From Minutocellus sp. GHC0000111 (Eukaryota), in NCBI GenBank assembly GCA_977018835.1, contig OZ361260.1:3906001-3970000 (forward strand): a stretch of DNA of 64,000 bases, read 5' to 3'. Shown here piece by piece: positions 57,393-64,000 of this stretch. Both the position numbers and the translations under genes were made by a program. Numbering within the stretch: the first letter of the stretch is position 1; each line of letters begins with the position of its first letter. The notes under the pieces were generated by a model. It was not told the DNA's origin. It did no database searches and was given only the letters and a program-made list of their open reading frames with translations.

Positions 57393-57460
57393 TTGCACTC
57401 TCCTCTTTTGTCCCTTTGGCTGACTGTTGCACTCTCCTCTTTTGTCCCTTTGGCTGACTG
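57393..57460. repeat. Perfect 34-bp tandem duplication just upstream of the thioesterase ATG
   Basis: TTGCACTCTCCTCTTTTGTCCCTTTGGCTGACTG x2. Confidence 0.9.
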
Positions 57461-57479
57461 CTGCGATAGCGGATACCAA

Positions 57480-58568
57480 ATGCCACACACACCCTTCCTT
57501 CTTGTCGTCGCTCTTTTCCTCGTCTGCCTTCTCTCCCTCTCCGTATTCTCGGACGCCTACACACCTTCTCCATCTTCCTCGTCGTACAAAACAATGGCTC
57601 CCCTCATCGAACGGTCCGGCGACGGCACCATCACCGTCAGCCCGGCCAACGAGGCCGACCAGTCGGCCCTCGTCGTCATCTGCCACGGCCTCGGGGACAG
57701 CTCCGAGGGATTCGCCGATGGTAAGGGTTCGTTGAGTTCGTGTTCGCAGTCATTATTGTTGCATGTTATTTTATTCGTTTCTCACCCTAACCTCACTTCT
57801 TACCTACACGTACACCGTTGCAGTCGCCGAACATCTGGCCAAGAGCCTGCCGTATGTGAAATTCATCCTCCCCACCGCCCCCACGCAACCCGTCACGATG
57901 AACATGGGCATGCCCATGCCGTCGTGGTACGACATTGTCGGCCTCGACGAGCGGTCCAACGAGAATTGCAAGGGAATCGACGTCAGCGTCGACACCGTCC
58001 GGATCATCCTGCAAAAAAGAAGCACGAGGACACCGGTTTGCCCTACAGCCGAATGGTCCTGGCGGGATTCAGCCAGGGCGGGGCCCTCAGCTTGTTCACC
58101 GGTATGCAGCTTCCCGATGCCGCCCAAAAGTTGGCCGGCATCGTCATAATGAGCGGATATCTGCCGGCCGCCAAGCAGTTCAAGATTACAAAGGGGCTGG
58201 AATCGACGCCCATCTTTCATGGACACGGGGAGGCCGATCCGATGGTCCAGTACGTCATGGCGACCAAGTCTCGACAGCACGTGGTGGACGAGGGCGGGGC
58301 CACGGATTATCAAATCAAGGGATATCCCGGTCTGCCGCATTCCGTATCTCCGGAAGAGATTGCCGATGTGATGGAATTTCTGTCCAGGGTACTCCCGCCG
58401 GACGAATCGTGCAAGATCACCCTCAAGGATCCGGAAAGTATGAGCGTCAAGGAATTGAAGGCCGCCATTCGCAAGGCTGGGCTGGGCAGCAAGGCGGTGG
58501 GTTTGATGGAAAAGGGAGAGTTTGTCAAGTTGCTCAAGGAGCATCGGGAGGGCAGCAGTTCCTCTTGA
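57480..58568 (+). CDS. Acyl-protein thioesterase/lysophospholipase (APT1/LYPLA-like); frameshift as assembled
   Basis: Exons 57480-57720, 57824-58568. HGLGD, PTAP..PVTMNMGMPMPSWYDI, GFSQGG, HGEADPMV, LPHS. Frame changes at the A6 run 58013-58018. Confidence 0.9.
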   Translation: MPHTPFLLVVALFLVCLLSLSVFSDAYTPSPSSSSYKTMAPLIERSGDGTITVSPANEADQSALVVICHGLGDSSEGFADGKGSLSSCSQSLLLHVILFVSHPNLTSYLHVHRCSRRTSGQEPAVCEIHPPHRPHATRHDEHGHAHAVVVRHCRPRRAVQRELQGNRRQRRHRPDHPAKKKHEDTGLPYSRMVLAGFSQGGALSLFTGMQLPDAAQKLAGIVIMSGYLPAAKQFKITKGLESTPIFHGHGEADPMVQYVMATKSRQHVVDEGGATDYQIKGYPGLPHSVSPEEIADVMEFLSRVLPPDESCKITLKDPESMSVKELKAAIRKAGLGSKAVGLMEKGEFVKLLKEHREGSSSS

Positions 58569-58904
58569 ATTGCTGGTATTTTACGTTCGAGGTTGTGAAT
58601 GAAGTGTTTATACAAGCGCATTGGGCTCGGATATCACAGAGAGGCCGCTAATTTATGATGCGACTGATGAAGAAATATGCAGTTGGGTGTACTTTTGTGC
58701 AGCTTGTAACACATACAAGCTGGTCAGTCAAGTCGTGTCAGTTCGCTTACTTGTCCGCCAAGCTCGAACTAATTTTTCGACGAAAGTAGATAGATGTATT
58801 TCGATAGATGAATAGAACTGAACGTGAAAACGTGGGCCGGGACGTTCGGCTACATCCACGGACCAATACGATCCGTTGCCCATCATTGTCATATATTTCT
58901 AATT

Positions 58905-59708
58905 ATGGCATCCAACAAAGGTACCGACGACCTTGCCCAGCCTCTTCTTGGGGTTTCTATCCCTGGTGGCATGCCACCGCCACCGGAAGTCTTTCATGCG
59001 ATCTACGTAGCACCAGGTTGCGGTACTTATCCTCGCACCAGCAAAGATTCTCCAACGAAATCTCCCACGGTGATTCATCTTGACCTCGAGGCCGGTGTGG
59101 GACGAAAGGAACTCGAGAATCGGAGGGATGTGAAAAGAAGTCTCGCAACGATAACGATGGTGCTAGGTTTCTTCGTTGGCCTCCTCATCAATCTCGCCGG
59201 CTTTGGAGGGGAGAATCTTTTCATGATTGTTCTTGGGTTGAGGAATGGGATTGGCTTCAACGAGAGTTGCCGCGCAAAGATCTATACCATTGCATTTTGG
59301 AGTACCTTTACCATCGTTTCGCTTCTCGTTGTCCGCTCTGTCATACTTACAATGCTTGAAAAAATTCTCAAGTCTCTTCATGCCGACCACAAAGGAAAGT
59401 GCCACAACGATAAGTCGACCAAGAGGCCCGAGAACAAGAAGGTCTCCACTAGTACATGGGCTACCTGGATTTGCGATGCTGGCAACGACGAAGAAGATTT
59501 GGCTTCGCTGTGTTTGGACTACCTCGACGATAAATTTCTTCTAGCCACCCTGATTGGCTCCTCGCTCGTCGGTTGCATCACCAATCTTTGGATGGGTTTG
59601 TACTATGCAGGATTAGGAGAACTCCTTGGCACTGTCGTGATCGCCGGGCTTGACAGATGCATCATGAAGAAAAAGAAGAAGAGATTCTACGAGGAGCAGA
59701 GCCTGTAA
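58905..59708 (+). CDS. Hypothetical multi-pass membrane protein
   Basis: About four hydrophobic segments; ATG at 58905. Confidence 0.55.
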   Translation: MASNKGTDDLAQPLLGVSIPGGMPPPPEVFHAIYVAPGCGTYPRTSKDSPTKSPTVIHLDLEAGVGRKELENRRDVKRSLATITMVLGFFVGLLINLAGFGGENLFMIVLGLRNGIGFNESCRAKIYTIAFWSTFTIVSLLVVRSVILTMLEKILKSLHADHKGKCHNDKSTKRPENKKVSTSTWATWICDAGNDEEDLASLCLDYLDDKFLLATLIGSSLVGCITNLWMGLYYAGLGELLGTVVIAGLDRCIMKKKKKRFYEEQSL

Positions 59709-60042
59709 GATACGCAAACTTCCAATAGAAAATGATGTCATGGGATTCATGAGCTCCCTGAACCATTTTCTTTAGAATTGTGGAGTGATAATTCGTTCTA
59801 ACCAAATACTAATTAATTATATCTATGAATAAGCCCATCCATGAGGTTATCATCGCGGAAGGCACCTTGGTTATCACCGGAGACTCATCAATTTGTAAAA
59901 ATAAGTGAAGTACAAGGATGCCCGGAAGCCGGAGGTAGCCAAAATCAAAGATGCCTAGAACTCCGCAATCCCTCATGGCCGACGGCGTTGACAAAACAAA
60001 GAGGACATGGGGAGACACTATAAGACCATAAGAAGTCGAGAT

Positions 60043-62512
60043 TTACTCCTCCTCGGAGGTCTCGGCCTCCTTGTCGGCCTTGGCGTTCTCCTCATCAGCC
60101 TCCTCGTCCTCGGCGAGGCCGGTGTGCTCACGGAGACGCTCAAGCTCTGCCTTGATGTACTCCATGTTGTCGGGGAGCTGGGTGCTGGCCTCCCTGCGGC
60201 GCTGGCGCTCGGCCATGCAGGTGAGGCACTTGGCCTTGCCGTCGCGCTTGAACCACCAGAAGAGGAAGTATCCGAGGGCGGCGGCGACGCCAATGACGAG
60301 GAAGGAACCGAGGACGGTGAAGCCCTTGGAGTCCTGCTCGAAGCAGGCGGAAAGACCGAGAAGGATGAGGGGAAGGGCGAAGAACATGACGAGGATGTAC
60401 ACGATGGGGAATCCACGCCAGACGCGGGTGGTTTTGCCGAGCTTGCGGGCGAGGTTGAGGGGGACACGGCGCATGAAGGGGATGGGGTACCAGATGAGGA
60501 TACCGGAGATGTTGAAGAAGAGATGGGCAAGGGCGGTCTGCATGGCGGTGATCTTGTCGGAAACGAGGGCGGCCATGACAGCGGTGAAGGTGGTACCGAT
60601 GTTGGCGCCGAGGGTGAGGGGGTACATCTGCTCGAGCTGGATGACGCCCATGCCGACGAGGGGGGTGAGGGTGGAGGTGGTGATGGACGAGGACTGGACA
60701 AGGATGGTGATGCCAGTGCCGATGACCATGGCGAGGTATCCGTTGATGTTGGTGGCCTTGTAGATGATGCGGGTGGAGGTACCGAGGAGCATCTTCTGGA
60801 GGAGGGTGACGAGGCCGATGAGGCAAACGATGAGGATGAAGAGGGCAAGGACGAGGCAGACGCCGCCGGAGACCTGGTCGTCGTGGGCGGAGGCACCGTT
60901 CTGGAAGAAGGCGGGGCAGAGGCCGCTCTTCTTGTCGCAGGCGATGAGGCCATAGTGGCCCTTGCAGGTGTCGTAGGACTCGACGCCGCCGGTGCAGTTG
61001 ACGGGGTAGTAGTCGTCGCAGGAGATGGCTCCCTCGGAGACGGAGATCTCCTTGATGAGGTCCTTGTTGGCCTTGATGATGCGGTTGCCGAGGGGGGAAA
61101 CGATCTTCTTGATGGGACCGACCCACTTGTCGCCCTTCTCGAAGGCCTGGTCGGGGAGCATGGCCTTGGTGAGGTGGTAGAGGTATCCGGTGGCAGCCTC
61201 GAGGGGGAGGAGGATGAGGACGGAAAGGAAGTTGAACATGTCGTGGACGGTGGCACCGGCGAAGGCACGCTCGAGCTCGTCGCCGTTGCCGAGGTGGCCC
61301 ATGGCAACGATGGTGTTGGTGACGGAGGTACCGATGTTGGCACCCATGATCATGTAGATGGCCTGACGGACCTCGATGGAACCAGCACCGACGAGGGAGA
61401 CGATGATGGAGGTGGTGGTCGAGGAGGACTGAAGAAGGACGGTGGCAAGGATACCGATCATGAGGGCGGCGATGGGGTTGGTCTCACCGCCGAGGATGGA
61501 ACCGGCGGTACATCCGCCAATGACCTTGGCGGAGGAACCGAGGAGCTCCAGACCCAGAAGGAAGAAGTAAAGGAAGAAGCAAAGGACGCAGATGCCGACG
61601 AAGATGATGCCCCACTCCTTGGGGGTGTGGCAGCAGCAGGCACGGGCGACCTCGCCCCAGGTGGCGTCGCCGATCTCCTCGGGGGCCTCCTCGTAGAAGT
61701 CGGTGTCGCCGAAGTGGGTGGAGCCGGTGAGGCGCTCCTTGCGGCTCTTGACGGCATCGGCGCCGTCCTCGGCCTTGACGGGCTCGGCCTCCTCGTTCAT
61801 GGGGACGGCCTCGAGGTCCTTGGTCTCGGTTTCGCTCTGTTGTGATTGGAAAAAGATACGAGATGGGAGAGATGACGGTTAGCAAACATGTCTGCATATA
61901 AAAATATGAGGAGTTAAAATTAAAGGGGGGAAGGAGGTCTTCTTCAGGTGGAGAAAGCAGGTGCGCTCATTGCTGCTCGGCGAAGTTGAATTGTTCAATT
62001 GCATGCGTCCCGTTGTTTATTCTTTGCTGCATATCACGTGCCGGGGCCGGTCAAAAGGCGCGACGATGAACCGCAATGCTCGTTAGTAGTATATAGTATA
62101 AGGGTGGAGGCCCGATGGCCAGGCGAGAAGGCTTGTGGTGACATCGAAGATGCAAATTCACAAGGAAGTTGACGTGATTGCAATTTGCAATTGCGACGAG
62201 AACCCCGTAAAGAACATGTCATGCGTCGAATCAGGACCGGCGCTTTACGGCCGATGAGACCATCAATTGCCCACGATGATCAGTGGTGGGTGGACAGCGA
62301 AGGATAGAGGGCGTTCGGATTGATAATAAGTAACTGGTACCGAGTCACGATCGATTTGAGACGAAGATTCGTCGTTCCCTATTTGGGGCCTCATATTTCT
62401 TTCGGAGGAACAAAGCCATTTCGACGCGCGTTGCAGCGACGGACGGAGACGAGCGAAAGAAGAAGACCTGTAGAGAGGAAAGGATGGGAGGAGGCATGCA
62501 TTGACTTACCAT
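60043..62512 (-). CDS. Sodium-dependent phosphate cotransporter (SLC34/NaPi-II, diatom NPT-like)
   Basis: Two QSSS repeats, IMGANIGTSVTNT, ERAFAGATVHDMFN, LTLGANIGTT, ALAHLFFNI. Predicted first coding exon is ATG only (62512-62510), intron 62509-61837. Confidence 0.95.
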
Positions 62513-62845
62513 TGTTGTATTTGGTTGGAACAAAGATGCAAACTAATGCGAGGTAAAGCAATCACTTCTGTCAAGGCTGACGAAAAGTGAAGGGAAAGGT
62601 TGGGTGGTGAGTAGTGGGTGGGTGGTGGCGGCAAAATTTTGCGGCCGGAAGATTCCTTCATCTTCATGCCGGTTTCTGATGAGGCTTTTTATACATTTGG
62701 TATACATATTTTATAAGTCGACATCATCTCAGAAAGAAACTGAAGATTCGTGTTTTTGATAACATAGAAATGAAGAGGAGAAGTAAGGGATGAACGGAGA
62801 AAATCATGTCACTTTCTTGTCGACAGGCGAATCATGATGAATCTC
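62364..62845. promoter_or_regulatory. Cluster of PSR-type YGAATCTH motifs around the transporter start
   Basis: 62364-62371 (intron), 62743-62750, 62838-62845, plus a GAATCT core at 62650-62655. Confidence 0.5.
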
Positions 62846-64000
62846 TGGCACGAGCTGTCACAGGTGGAGTTGAGAGGTGCTCGTAGGCTCAACACATGTA
62901 AGTAGACCTCCTGCCAAAAATAAATATCTGGCAACTGAACGAAAAGAAGGGCTCCATCCAACATGTCACGCTGGAGCATGTCTTCTCGCCCACGACATTT
63001 CCTGCTTACTTTTCATCGCTACTCTATCTATCTAGTAGCTAGCTAGGCGGCTACTATCGCAGGCGAGACAACGTGCACATCAAATACACCGGCATCTGCT
63101 ACTTTGGCACTTCTTCTGGGAGTTATGGTATCAGTCTGAATATATCCATGGGTATAATTACGTGATCAAGTAGTTGCATCCATCTCGTGCCTGTAAAGAA
63201 GAAGTATGTTGCAGAGAGTTTTCTCCCTTCTCTTTCAGATACATGCACAACGCAGTCCCCTCTCAGTCCCACCCTGCGCTGGACTGGAGGAAGCTGCTCG
63301 AGCAGGATGTCGTGGCTTATCGGTATATTCTATTCGAGACAACTCCGTAGTGTGTATTTGCAATAAATGCACCGGGACTTGACTTACTCTTGGCGACCGT
63401 CTAAATTACTTGGTACAAATCTAACGGATCTTTGACGAAGCATGCACTGTAGCTGTTGCAGCAACGGTGAATTATCATGCCCATTCTGCTCTGTTACAAC
63501 CCTCCAACGCTGATCCAATCTATATTTTTACGTTTTTCTTACATCATGCATCCTTTGATTCCCTTGTTACCGGTAAAAATCAATGCCGAAACATGCAAGT
63601 ACCAGGCGGTTGTACATGCTACTATTACTTCGCAGTAATACGAAACTATACCCATTAAATTAAATTAATAATATACATTGCTATGTCACAAACATATAAA
63701 CCCAAATAATGGGACTGATTTATCGTTTCAGTCCCCCCAAATAAACCACAAATTAGTGGTGAGTTGTACAAAATCTTCGTGTTGGCGCCACACGCACTAC
63801 AAGATTCGGCGACCACTTTAAACTGTGTGGCCGCCTGTATGTCCTTGCGATACCATTGTGTATGTAATGTGTTCACACTATCCCCTTCTTTGGAGTTGCG
63901 CTGTGGTAGTTGTTGGCTGCAAAGGCGCTCTTGCTGGTGCCCCCGATGAAACCTATGCTGCAAGAAGAGGAAGGGGCAGCTCCTGGAGTGGCATGATGAT

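Noticed and set aside
58012..58020. AAAAAAG as a programmed -1 frameshift site
   Set aside because: The heptamer is out of phase with the upstream frame (CAA AAA AGA); a homopolymer error is simpler
60007..61845. 612-aa + strand ORF, and similar long antisense ORFs over phoX, PAP, apyrase and CCT3
   Set aside because: Shadows of GC3-biased genes on the opposite strand; no independent motifs
62900..64000. Possible gene or RNA at the window end
   Set aside because: Only short low-quality ORFs; nothing supportable

Overview
Gene-dense eukaryotic nuclear DNA, almost certainly a diatom (short GT-AG introns, bipartite ASAFAP-like plastid presequences, a frustulin-type C(E/Q)GDCD domain). About 25 protein genes can be supported. 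Housekeeping genes: LIG4, CCT3, eIF2B-delta, a type-I DnaJ, an acyl-protein thioesterase, a NOPCHAP1-like gene and a methyltransferase. Surface or secreted multidomain proteins: BspA/DUF285, LamG-G8-beta-helix, and a frustulin-domain membrane protein. Four genes relate to phosphorus scavenging (membrane-anchored PhoX, purple acid phosphatase, Ca-activated apyrase, SLC34 Na+/Pi cotransporter), with YGAATCTH PSR-type motifs beside PhoX and the transporter. A near-identical 4,590-bp tandem duplication (19855-24444 / 24445-29034, TC microhomology) doubles a GT49 glycosyltransferase and leaves LIG4 and CCT3 fragments at the junction. Four genes carry lesions (two in-frame stops, an ATA at an expected start, three one-base-short homopolymers), at least partly suggesting consensus errors. 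No rRNA, tRNA, CRISPR or transposon could be supported. All family calls come from motif recognition by eye, not database searches.
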